DNA from: the human T2T-CHM13v2.0 reference genome, Homo sapiens
Assembly: GCF_009914755.1 (NCBI RefSeq)
Contig: NC_060947.1
DNA: 64,000 bases
Direction: 5' to 3' (one strand)
The translations under genes were made by a program, and so were the position numbers. Position 1 is the first letter of the stretch, and every line of letters begins with the position of its first letter. Shown one piece after another: positions 13,750 through 26,150 of this stretch. Under the pieces are notes generated by a model. The model had not been told where the DNA came from, ran no database searches, and saw nothing but the letters and a program-made list of their open reading frames with translations.

Positions 13750-16060
13750 TTTTACATTATGGTGCTAAATCTACAACAGAATGGCAAAGAAACACATAAC
13801 TTCCTTATCACATGCTTTGTAAAGACTCAACACGGAATGGTAGCGGCTGCTTCTTATGTGGTACAGGTGCTGCACAACACTCTTCAGTGGTTTCTTCACT
13901 TCTAGCATGTGATAGAGTCAGTGCATCCACTGGCACTAAAACTCACATACACTTAATGATACTCAACAGCCCTAGCCTGTGACCTTATGAGGTTGCTGTT
14001 GAACAGATTTTTCTCATTCTCTATACTGTTTATTCTTTGGTGTTTAAGAAAAGGGTTCAGAAATAGTGAAATAGACATAGTAAGTGTTGCTGCACTGGGT
14101 ATTAATAATCCCAGGAGACCTAGCACAATTTTTTGAGCACAACTCCCTATTTGGTTCACTGTTGGAGGCACTCTCTTCAATGGACTTAAGAATTACTCTA
14201 CTAGGTCAGATCCTGGTCCGTCTAGGCTAACTTCTCTGGGGCATAAAGCAATTGTGGAAAAGCACCATATCATCCTGAGTGATAATTTTAAAGGTAAGCA
14301 ATGCCACTAGAAATCTCTAGCTTATTTTATTACTTTACACATCAAGTAAACAGCATTCATTCAAGGCAGGATTGTTATAAGCTGGGCAATATGCTTCACT
14401 CTGTGGAAGTGATCGTTATTACCCTCAGTGACCTTGTATTCTATTAGAAGAAATAAGGTAAATATGCACCAAACAGTTCGCAGTCTTTTCATCAATTGTT
14501 CCATCATATTTTTTTGCTTGTAGATGCCAGCTTTTAAAATATTCTGTATGCATGTCAAATGACATCAATTAATAAAAGATTGCTTGTTCATTTAAAATTA
14601 AGGAAACCTATATAACTATAAAGTTCTCTCATACAAATTCTTACCAAATATAATTCTAACCTAAAAGCAGCCACTTGCCATTTTTCATTTAGGATTTTGG
14701 TGAGGATTCAATGAATTCCATTATTATTATTATTACTATTATTATTATTATTATTACATGCAGCCTAATCCCAGCAAATGGACCATTTTACTAGGCTCTT
14801 TGTAAAATTGACAATACCTCAAAATCAATATTACCTTCTTAAAATTCTATGAACCTTGGGAACACAATTTCAGGAACAACCTCTGTAGAAAGCTAGTAGT
14901 TTTAATACATGTTAAATGCCAGTGAGTGCTAAAGGATTTTAGAGAAGTGCAGTATATACCATTTTGGGTTCCAAAGCTTCCATGATAGCCAGATGGTTCC
15001 GAATTGTGTCTGCAGTCTACAAAAAGGTTGCTAGGAAAATTGGCTTTGTTTTACTTCAAAATAATATGTGGTATTACAGCTTCACTTGAGACATTTTCCA
15101 GCACTTTGTTGCTTGTGTCTATATCTGCTATTTTAGATTTTACTCTTTATTCTGCACTACATTATAAAAATAATTTAACACAAGGCAGAAACCTACGATT
15201 ACTTTTGTGGTAGGCAGCATTAAACCATACCCCAGTGTTTATAAAATGATGACAATGAGCTATCTGAGGATTTTGTCTGTAAGTAAAAGTTACAGGAGAT
15301 TTAATCTCATTTATTTTTTGCTTGATATATATGTTTATTTTGATAGTTTCAGTGAACCATGTTGGTTCTAGGAAGGAAAAAGATTGGACAAGTATTGAAA
15401 ATTTCATACCTTTACCACTACAATTCCTGATATCGTCTAGACAGTTTTGTAACTTCAGAACATTTATGACTTGCTTTGTAAAAGGCTCATAGTATTTAAC
15501 TCCTCGCTGATCAATGATTCTAGCATTTTTTTCATGAAATATTTATTACTGAGAAGGAAAAGCAAAATAATGTCAATGTTGCATATGTAACTACAAAATG
15601 CATTTAGAAATTCACCACTAGCTGTTTTGTTTGCTGGGTTATAATATTTCATTTGCATTTATAAAACTGCTTAGGGAAATGTTTATAGTTCGCTTCATTC
15701 CATTCCTTCGCGAAATTTTGGTATTTGTGATGTATACATCAAAGTGGTCATCTGTGTTTGAAAACATCAGAGATTTCTTTAAAAATGTTCAGGCAAAAAT
15801 ATATAGACAAAATAAGAGTCTCTTGGACTTTAATCTTTTCGATTAAAGCTCCAGTGGTGGAATTTTATTCTTGAGCTTTCAAGAAAGAGAACAGATTTTT
15901 TAGATGAAAAGCCGCAGACTCATTTACAAAGACGTAATATTTTCTTGTGCTGATAGCATACCCTGAGGGCCCCCACCCAGGATAAAGAGAGGCGGAAAGA
16001 AGATTCTGTCGCGATCCAAAGGCAACTGGTTGATGAGGCCAAATAAGTACATGATGATTT
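13750..16060 (-). mobile_element. Candidate decayed piggyBac/PGBD-like transposase fossil
   Basis: Ordered remnants of piggyBac motifs across shifted frames: IMYLFGLINQLP, L(H)FV(D), FK.R.PL, (D)EA, MKYYNP..K...SYICNIDI, WFT, SNRRFLP, SWK...STH, Y...NM..ID, LISS.RI...LRVI, CDK..YVFLCH; aligned by eye only. Confidence 0.5.
14720..14756 (+). repeat. (TTA)n microsatellite
   Basis: Seen directly. Confidence 0.9.
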
Positions 16061-16894
16061 ATTTGTGTGTCAGGTGCCAAGGTGTGGGATGTGAAGAGTT
16101 ATATCTATAAACCAAAATGAGGCAGACCACAGGGTAGACGTTGGTAAGTGATGAATGTGAAAGAAGTCAATGTCAGAAATGATATACTTCTTGAGGCAAA
16201 TTAGAAGCCACATTCTCTGCAGAGGGTTCTCTCTATAAAGGGAAAAAAGAGGGGGAAAGGAAGGGAGCTAACTAGGTGCCAGGTACTCTTTTAGGTTCTG
16301 GGTGTGCTAAGAGGAATATGACATCATCTCTGTCTTCCGGGAGTTCACAGGCTAGTAGGAGAAAATAATATTGTGTATTTGTTAGGCTCCAGGCACACCG
16401 CATATACCATCACATCTATCTTCATGGAAAAAGATAAAAACTAATGAGGAGTGGCCTTCATTTGGTCTAGAAAACATTCAAAAAGGAGAATGGGGTGATA
16501 AGACCTTATCTGTGTATCCAGGTCTTCCCAGGAGAGAAAATATCCGTATCACTTTAAAAACAAAACAAAACAAACCAACCAAACCCAAACTACTCAGTGT
16601 TCTGTTACTTTGGATGGATGAGCTTATGATCCTGTTTCCAGACCCATAAACCCAGGAAACAAAACTTGACTGTGAACTGAAGACCCTTCCAAGACATAGT
16701 AAATAAAGAGAATGAGGCTAAAATAGTATATCTGATTTGATAAGACATATAGTTATATATAGACATGCTATGAGTCAGGGCATGGGACCAGTTGACACTT
16801 GAAATGTAAGAAGAATATTCTAGAAGTCCAGATTACAGTCGCTAGATAGGAGACTGAAGCCTGAGCAATCCAGTGCAGTGACCTCAGAATTAAT

Positions 16895-17165
16895 GTTGGG
16901 AGGCAGAAGAGGATAGTGGTGAAGTGCACAGGCTCTGCAGTCAGTGGCCTGTGTTCATATCCTGGGCCTGACATTGACCAGTTGTGCCACCTTGAATAGG
17001 CTACCTAGGTTCTCTGGGTTTCAGTTTCTTTGTCGGTAAAATGAGACTAATAATAGTATTTGCTTCACAGGGTTGTTGATATAAATAAATGAGATAATAC
17101 ATTCAAAGTGCTTAGCAGGATGCCTGGAATATAGTATGCAGTTAACAAATATTAGCTGTTGCTAT
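16895..17165 (+). mobile_element. MIR
   Basis: TTTCAGTTTCTTTGTCGGTAAAATGAGACTAATAATAGTA...CACAGGGTTGTTG...AAAGTGCTTAGCAGGATGCCTGG MIR core. Confidence 0.8.
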
Positions 17166-18520
17166 TATTCCGAGAATGAAACCTCAGAAGCATGCAGAGT
17201 TTCAGCTAGAATGAGGGAACTTCCTTTGAGTCACGAAGGAGGCAAAATTCGTGCAATAAAAAAAAAAAAACCTGTACACAGCAGACAGAAAGATAAAAAC
17301 ACTTTCCATCTCGAATAGATTGTGCGAGTTAGAATATAAGTTGAGTTAGATATGCCACTACTATGTCCCTAGAGCCCCATCCTTTCCTCTATCTCAGCTC
17401 TTGTTAAGTGAATTATAATTGTCTGTTTGCTTGTCTGTCTTCTTCACTGGACCTATGAGCTACTTAGGGGCAGATACTGTACTTTTCTGTAACCTAAGTA
17501 CCTACTATAATGTCTGGCATATGGTAGATGCTCATAAGTGTTGGTTGAAATAATAAAAATATTTAAGACAGGCTTAAATAAACACACACAACAACCCTGT
17601 CTCTGGCTTCTCACTTAAAAAGGGCATTTAGAAAGATTGGCCTCATAGGTAAACCCAGAGATTATCAAAAGGAGGTGCTCTTTTGTAAAAAAAACAATTT
17701 TTTTCTTTAATCATTTTTGTAAAGGAAGTGAATTTTAGTAAGTGCTGAGAGAATGTGTAAACTCACCACAGGTAACACTGTCATAACACTGTCACAGGAG
17801 AATTCACACCTATAAATGAGCTAGTGGAAGAACAAAGTTAGTTTTGAAAGGTCAGAGAAAAAGATTTTGAAATGTCAGAGCCACTCTATAAAACTGACCA
17901 CCCTTGGCATCATTCTTTTAATCTACCTGGGTTTGAGAATAGCCTAGGGCATTTGAAATGAAGACAATTAGCACCTCAGACAGGGCTTCCACATGCAAAA
18001 TTCTGTCACCTCTCAGAGACCTCAGGAGTTGACAAGTTTGGTTAAGAAGATACTTTCAACCTTGGCTGGCAGTTTTTCTAAAATTTCAATGCTTTTATAA
18101 TCTGATTTAAATGGCATCTATATTCTAAAAGGTTGTAACTGTGAAGCTCTCTTCCTCCATTCTATGATTTTCCCCCTTAAGTTATTGTAAAATGTCAAGA
18201 ATGAAAATATTTCCTTTATTGAGGGAGATTGAGGAAACAGGTCTTTGTTCTTGTGCACAAATAAGTTCAATTCATTTCCCCTCTGTTTCTCTCTAAAACA
18301 CATTTGGCTTTTGTTTAGAGAATAGAATGTTAAACCTAGACGTGACCTTAGGGGTCATCTGGTTCAATTCCATTTGACAGATGGAGAAAATGAGACTCAG
18401 AGAGAAGTGATTTAGTGGCAAAACATGGCATATATTTCAACTCTCCTACTTACTGGACTACTGCTCCTTCCAATTCATCTTGTCATTTCAAAGACGACCA
18501 TAGGCATGTAGAACCAATAT

Positions 18521-18544
18521 TGTGTGTGTGTGTGTGTGTGTGTG
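18521..18544 (+). repeat. (TG)n microsatellite
   Basis: Seen directly. Confidence 0.9.
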
Positions 18545-20789
18545 CGTGAGTGTAAAAGAGAATTTCAGTATTTTTTCTTTTATTGAGAGCATTAAGTTCA
18601 TTCATTCATTCATTCACACAACAAATATATATAGCACCTACTACTTGCCAGACACAGGATACAGTGGTGAGCAAAGTACACAAAATCCCTCCATCATGGA
18701 CCTTACATTCTAGTGGGGGACACAGACGATAAACCATTAATTAAATAATTCTGCTCCTAAGTGGTTTATACTTGTACTTGGGGTCCATTCTTCCTAACTC
18801 TTTCTCTGTTGGTGCCTCTACTATCTCCATTGCTCTCCTCTTTCATTTTCTCCCATTTCCTCTCGTGTGTATGGGGAGAGAAGGAAGAGAGTCATTTCAA
18901 TTCCTCTTTTCTCTACGCTTCAAGCTCAGTGTGAAGTTTTGAATTTGCTAAAGTCAGGTTTAGTACTGGTGTAGGATTAGAGTGAAGATGTCAGTATTTT
19001 TCATCAACACTGCACTAGTGGGCTGGCTCGGCTGGCTCAGCTGTCAGCTTGCTTGTAAGATGACAATGAGGTACTGGATGTGAAAGTTGTACTATTACCT
19101 TATAATTTATCTGTTTTTTAGTGCAATTTTAGTTGTGCTGAACCCCGTCATACCTGGCTGCTTTGACAGGTGTGCTATTTTAGCAACATGGAACAAAACA
19201 GAGAAAGAAAAAAAGAGTGCATGGTACGCTTGTGCTGTCAGATCCAGGTTGCTCTGTTCCTAAGTTTATGGATGATTTGTTCAGAGTTGTTAAGAGACAA
19301 AAAAAGGTTAGGTTTTGTTTTCACTTATGTGACACTGAATGTTCTCACAGTTCACCTCACAGGTCAGCTGTTGCTCATATGGACTGATATAAAGGGATCC
19401 CTTTCCCTGTCTCCTTTCTATTTGAAATTCCACCATTTTGATTAATTCCTCTGGGCTAACCATTTGCCTGCTCAATATATGGAGAGCCCAAGGTGGACAA
19501 CCTTTCAAATCCTTAATGTTGGAGTATGCATTCATATATCAGATTAATTTCTTCCTTGATCCAAAGCATGAAAAGGGGTAAGAGGTGGAGTTGGTCAAAA
19601 ACATGTGAGGAAGGAAGATGATAAAATAATATTGGTCCCATTCCCCAGAGCCATCCCCAAATGTCACCTTGAATGCTTTAAAAAAAAATTCTTAATGCTG
19701 AAAATGACTAGTAGGAGACTTATGTTTATACTTTGCATACTAAGGCTGGACACTCTTCAATCAAGAAGAAAAGTTGCTACCAGCTACCACTGAAATCTTA
19801 GAGGATTGTTCTTAATCCTAGTAGATGAAGAGCAAATATCTGCCTTTGGTGCAAGTCAGCTCTGTACATCCAATCCATTGGTAAGACATGTGAGGAATTA
19901 AGTGTCGTTCTCGCTATTGAGTTCCCAGCCTTGCCATATTCTCAAAGAACTACACACTGAAGTTGCAGAAAGCATATAATAGACGACATAGCTTCAGTTA
20001 TTTAAATTCAAATTTTAAAAGTACTTTACATAATCTAAAGGTACATGTACAAGACCATTCAGCTTCAGCAATAAATAAAGTCTTACTCTAGTGAAAATGC
20101 AGGAAGCTTTGCGGAAATATTACCTAGCACATTTTGAAATAGAAGCAATGTTTTATTTCAGAGAAGAAAATGAAGGTTGAAAGGTTTTAAAATATTAAAG
20201 ACAGTTTAGCCTCAATCGAAGAAATAACATTTTCTAGAAACAACAGAGAATAAAAGTTACAACAAAATTATCAACAACTTGCAAATGATTCAAAACAGAT
20301 TTTATGGACAAAATGCTGAAAGGTGGGCCCTGTACACCAAAGGGCACATACAAATCCACATAAAGGCAAAGCACCAGTTAAATGATTCACAGTCTCATCT
20401 AAAGCCCATCAAATAGATACATCTGGAACATCTTTGGATGTACATTGTGACTTTTGTATCTCAACTAGCACTTTGGGACCTTGGACAAGGTGTTAGGAAA
20501 GAAATCAATATTTGCTCAGGATCAAGACTTCTCAAGATGACTGCGTGAGGTAGAAGGAAGAGGGAGAAGAAGAACTTGCCCAGAGTTCACTGTTCATCTA
20601 CTATGTCTGATTCTGTAGGAGTCTTCATGGCCATGTTCAGTAATGATTGCATACTGACAGTACTGATAAAACTATCAGTGTTTTGTTCTCAGAGCTCTTG
20701 GTCCTTTCATTTTGTCAGTGTGTTTTTGCCCTACGTAGTGGGTCCACATACCAACAGAGACATGTACAACTTGCCTCTATCATCAACTC

Positions 20790-21213
20790 CTTATGGGCTA
20801 GTTGAGCTAAGTTATTCCTGGTGGCCTCTGAGTAAACCGCAAGAACAGAAGCATTACTAAGCATCCCCGTCTGAGTGCAAGGGTGTGTGTTGGCAGTACA
20901 GCCCCAATCTTGCAAAATCCTTCTTCCAATGTTCCTCCCCTCTCTGTATGAACCCTGTGTTGGGGGGCAGAAGATGGAAGCCCTTGGCAAGCTCGATCGA
21001 ACCAAGCTACTAAATTGCTGAGCTCGTTTTAACTGAAGTGTGAGAAGGAGGTTTAAGGCAAGTAGACAACATCCTGTTGTTGGGGTGCTTCTCTCTTTTT
21101 TGCACATCTGGCTGAACTGGGAGTCAGGTGGTTGACTTGTGCCTGGCTGCAGTAGCAGCGGCATCTCCCTTGCACAGTTCTCCTCCTCGGCCTGCCCAAG
21201 AGTCCACCAGGCC
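20790..21213 (+). promoter_or_regulatory. SH2D1A: SH2D1A proximal promoter / 5' UTR region (no obvious TATA box); ETS-like CAGGAA on - strand (20816-20821 region) and RUNX motif AACCGCA (20835-20841)
   Basis: Immediately upstream of the ATG; motifs read directly; TSS cannot be fixed from sequence. Confidence 0.55.
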
Positions 21214-21350
21214 ATGGACGCAGTGGCTGTGTATCATGGCAAAATCAGCAGGGAAACCGGCGAGAAGCTCCTGCTTGCCACTGGGCTGGATGGCAGCTAT
21301 TTGCTGAGGGACAGCGAGAGCGTGCCAGGCGTGTACTGCCTATGTGTGCT
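21214..21350 (+). CDS. SH2D1A: SH2D1A (SAP) coding exon 1, 137 nt
   Basis: GCCATGG start; [45 protein letters not shown](L); donor GTGAGT at 21351. Confidence 0.98.
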
Positions 21351-22109
21351 GTGAGTATGATACGGTGGACATGGGCCTGCTGAGGGTGTGGGCGGTGGGC
21401 AACAGCAGCTGGGGCCAGGGTGGAGGCCGAGGCAGGCAGGGGCGCCGGCGTTAGCAGCTCGCCGACGCCTCCTCCGTGGCCCACCCTCAAGTCCAGCCCA
21501 GGGCCGTGGTGGAACACACTTTCGCCTCAATCCCTCGCTGGGGATTTCATTCCCTGGGCCTCCTGCTCTCCAGAAGGCCCTCACCAGAGCCTTTTGGGGC
21601 AGCTGCAGAGAATGCCATTTCGGGTGGTGAAATGTGGTCCACAGTTTACCTTCGCTCCGGGAAAGACCCAGGCTCCCCACTTCCATTTTGACCCCTATCG
21701 GGTGGCGCCCTGCGAGCCTTACTCTAGCTCTCTTTAAACGACTTTTGAAGTGTCATCCCAAAGGAAGAGCATGACATTCAGAGAGAGGAGGCACATTAAG
21801 AAACAGAGTCAATTACTTTAAGAATGCAATGCCAGTTAGGTCGAGATGCTGAGAGAGGAGGGGGATGTGTGTCAGTAAAATCACCTCTCTGGATCTGCTG
21901 ATGTAGCATCCTTTAGAAAAGTAGTGGGGGGTGGGGAGGGGCAGGGGATTTCAGAAATAGGACCCTTCTTGATAAACGTTAGGACTCACAATAGTCTTAA
22001 AGGGAATGGAGGGAAAACACCCTTGTTATGATTCAGCTTTGCCATTTGCCTAGGCATGTCTCATTCTAAGGCTTCATTTTGAATCAAATTCATCTGCGTC
22101 TTTGCTCCA

Positions 22110-22335
22110 GGGCTCCGGAGTCAGGCAGATCTGAGACTTTGTCCTGTGCTCGTCAGATGTTAGGTTTGTGACTTGGGCAAATTAACCTCTCAGTTCCCCA
22201 GTTTTCTTATCCATTGAATAGGTATCATATTACTGCCTACCTCATAGGATTGTAAGATTAAGTGCCATAATGCAGTAAAAAAATTAGCACTGGGGCCTGA
22301 CACCTAGTAAATGTTCAATAAATGTAAGCTATTGG
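22110..22335 (+). mobile_element. MIR
   Basis: GTGACTTGGGCAAATTAACCTCTC...CAGTTTTCTTATC...CCTACCTCATAGGATTGT. Confidence 0.75.
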
Positions 22336-24645
22336 TATTATTATTATACCAAAGATATATTATTATTTTATCTTCTCTTTTCAGTTGATTTCTTTTAGGA
22401 ATCATGGGGGCATTTCTAAGGAAGGACCTAGCTCAGGCATTATTGTCAGCAGGATAAAAAAAAAAATCCATGAAAACAGCAGCCCTGCATTGTAGGTTCT
22501 AGACAGAAACCAAATGAGGTTAAATGCTTGGTAGTAAGTTCAGCATCTGATAATACCCCACAAGAGTTTGAAATACCTTATGGGTCAGTGAAGAAAGATT
22601 ATCCTGATGCTGGTGCTAGAAGATTTTTCACTGTATATTGTTTTTTAAAAACGGTCAAGCCTTGTTTGTGGCAGCTCTCAGGTCATGCTAAATACATTTT
22701 TCACAAAGGCTTCAAGGGAAATACGTGGAAGCTATTGAATGTCTTGGGCTTGAATCTTTATGTTTTGCTTATATAATTATTGTTCCCGTGTGGAACCTAG
22801 GGAAGGGCAATGAAAACCAGCTAGGATTCTTAGGCTCTTTTCTCATTGAAAGAAGGTGGAGTGAGTGGGTGGGTGAAAGGCGCTGCTTTAGGGAAGCTGA
22901 CAAAGGAGATAACATGCTCCTTAACCCAAAGGTGAAAAAGAATGTACAAAACAAGTCTGGGCAGGGGAGGGACAACAGGGTATAGTGAGAGGCAAGATAT
23001 ACCTAAGGCTTCAGCCTCACGGGGCTCCTGGCCGTTTCTCAAGCTCCTCAAAAATGCCCCCACTTAGGATTTCTGCGCTTATTGTTCCTTCTGCCCAAAA
23101 TACCTTCAGTTCACATGTTTGTTCAACTGTCTCCTCCCTCAGAGAGGACTTGCTTGACCACCTATCTAGAACAAGTGCCCTCTCCCTGTCCCTGATACAC
23201 TCACTCCATCTCTTTATTTTTCTTCAAAGAGCTTTAAACTATCTGATAATTTGCTTGTTTACCTACTTATTGCTGGGCTGTCCTGCAAAAATATAATCTC
23301 CATGAGGGCGGAGATACTGTCTCCATCACCAGAAACACAGGAACACATAATAGGCACTCAGCAGATATTTTTGAATTAACAAACTGTCAAGGCAAATTCT
23401 GTTCTTTACTGCAATAAACGGAATGGCCATTGAGAGGTTAGGGTATGGACTCTGGGAAAGTCACTCAAATTCTCTGGGACTCAGTTTCCATATTTATAAA
23501 ACAGGAATAGTAATGTGTATCCTACCTTCTGCAAAAGATTGCCTTAAGTACCTTATGCAAGAGAGAAGGGCAGCTTTAGACTTTTGCCTATGTAGGCCGG
23601 AACCACATGAGGAATTAACTTAGGCAGGTGAGAAATTATCAAGCATTTAAGTTTTCGCCCAAAGTGAATCTTGCATAAATGCAGTTTTTATGACTCTTAG
23701 TTCTCCATGAAAACCTCCTTGTGAAGTAGCGGAAAATACTAGACAAATTGGGAGTTCCCTTACGGTGTCTTTCAAATGGTACACTGGGGCCTCAAAGTCT
23801 TATGTGACTGTTAGGGTGATAGCCAGAATGTGCTGCAGAGGGAAGATATGAGGATACATTGCCTTTTATCAGTTTCTCAATGTTTTTGAGTTGAGTGTCC
23901 CTTTTGATAAATGTAAAAATTTCATTCCCTCTTTTTGGTGCTACACTGTAATTATAAAATCAGATTTTATTTAGAAATAAACCACGTACTCATTTTAAAC
24001 CAGAACACTTATGATATGCAGTCGAAATAACAATATAAGTGGTATCATATACACATGGACAACAAGGTATAGCTGACAAACATGCATTGATTGTAGGGTT
24101 TACTCAGAATGGTTTCTCATTCTATCTTTTGTTTACTCCTATTAACCAAGAAGATTTAATTGAGCTATAGTTTTTATATTTTTATTGTAGAGATAATACA
24201 TTTCATATGCCTTCAAACTGTACTTTAAACTGTACTTTCAAACGATGCTTGCCCTTTTCCCCAGTTCTGAACCTCCTAATCATGGCTTTCAGATATGGCC
24301 TTTTCTTCTGTTCTGATTTAGAAAATCGAAAATTGAACTGCTTCATAAAGCACTAAAGGAGTTTTCCATTTATAGGATTGCTCACCTTCATTTTAAGTAA
24401 TAAGTATTTCTTTCAATTACTTTCTCTAAATAAATATAGATTTTTGTATAAGTCTATTAAAAATAGTTCCTTATACCTATTCATTATAGAAAATTTGAAA
24501 CATATAGATAATAGAAATTAGAGAAAAATCATCTATAGTTTTATAACCTAAAGATGACTATTGCTAAAAATTAGGTGAATTTTCTTCTATATTTTAATAA
24601 GATGAATTGCTTTTTGAGCACGTGTGCTCTTACAATTGTATTCTT

Positions 24646-24717
24646 ACGAGTGACGTATTTGACTACTAAAAAGTTTGATTTTTGTATGCGTCAAAAAAAG
24701 TAAGGGCAAACACCAAA
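24646..24717 (+). repeat. 72-bp inverted repeat, left arm (partner 26335-26406)
   Basis: Reverse complement matches 26335-26406 at 71/72 nt. Confidence 0.95.
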
Positions 24718-24720
24718 TGT

Positions 24721-25490
24721 TATATATTTATATATATATAAATATATAATATATATAATATATAAATATATAATATAAAATATATAATATATAAATATAT
24801 ATTATATAATATTATATAATATATAAATATATATTATATATAATATTATATAATATATAATATATAAATATATATTATATATAATATTATATAATATATA
24901 ATATATAAATATATATTATATACTATATATAATATATAAATATATATTATATACTATATATAATATATAAATATATATTATATACTATATATAATATATA
25001 AATATATATTATATACCATATATAATATATAATATATACTATATTATATATAGTATATTATATACTATATTATATAGTATAATATAGAATATATTATATA
25101 TTGTATATAAGATAATATATTATATATTGTATATAAGATATAATATATTATATATTGTATATAAGATATAATATATTATATATTGTATATAAGATATAAT
25201 ATATTATATATTGTATATAAGATATATATTGTATATAAGATATAATATATTATATATTGTATATAAGATATAATATATTATATATTGTATATAAGATATA
25301 TTATATATTGTATATAAGATATAATATATTATATATTGTATATAAGATATAATATATTATATATATTATTATAAATATGTATATTTTTATATATTATTAT
25401 AAATATATATATTTTATATATATTATTATAAATATATATTTTTATATATATTATTATAAATATATATTTATATATATTTATATATAAATT
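24721..25490. repeat. ~770 bp AT-rich minisatellite/expanded (TA)n with ~27-29 bp sub-units
   Basis: Almost pure A/T; recurring TATTGTATATAAGATATAATATATTATA and ATATAATATATAAATATATATTATATACT units. Confidence 0.95.
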
Positions 25491-26150
25491 TACATGTGTT
25501 AAAAATATGATTGTGTTCTTGTATTCTTACAATTGTATACGTTTCCCATTTCCCACTTAATATGAAAAAAATACACTCATATGTAATGTTCTTAGAGACA
25601 ACTTTAAGATGTTATTTTTAATGGCTGCATGGTAGTCCAGCTAGCTAGTAAGTATACCATATTTTGCTTAGCCAGTCACCTACTTTTAGACATTTGACTC
25701 ATTCCATATTTTTGTTATTATAAATTCCATCAGGATGTATATTTCAGTACATTAAAGTTTCCTTGCATTTATGATTATTTCCTTAGAATGAATTTCCAGT
25801 GTGGAATTTCTAGGTCAGAAAACATAAACAGCTTAGGATTCTTGATATATACATGATCATGAGATATTTTCCCTAAATGGTTATTCCAATTTACATGCTC
25901 ACCTGTAATGCATCAGTGTCCATTTCACCACACCCTCACTAGAAATGGGTATTGTAGTTAAGAAAATTTTCCCTTGACATTTGGCCTGTTATTCTTTATT
26001 TTATATTTACACTCTATCTCTTTATTTTCCACATTTTATATTCCTTTGGTTAGTGACTGTCATTTTATATGGTTGTTAAGCTGTTGTATTTCCTCCCATG
26101 ATTTGGCTTTTTGTGTATTTTTCTCATTTAACCAGTTGAATCATACTTTT

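Noticed and set aside
17774-17795. 11-bp tandem duplication AACACTGTCA(T/C)
   Set aside because: Ordinary slippage duplication with no supporting context.
21694-21710. Possible CTCF site CTATCGGGTGGCGCC in SH2D1A intron 1
   Set aside because: Three mismatches in the core; too weak without binding data.
20715-21737. Overlapping ORFs around SH2D1A exon 1, including a GTG-initiated 25-codon in-frame extension (21139)
   Set aside because: GC-rich region; the GTG context is weak and directly follows an in-frame stop; no recognisable domains.
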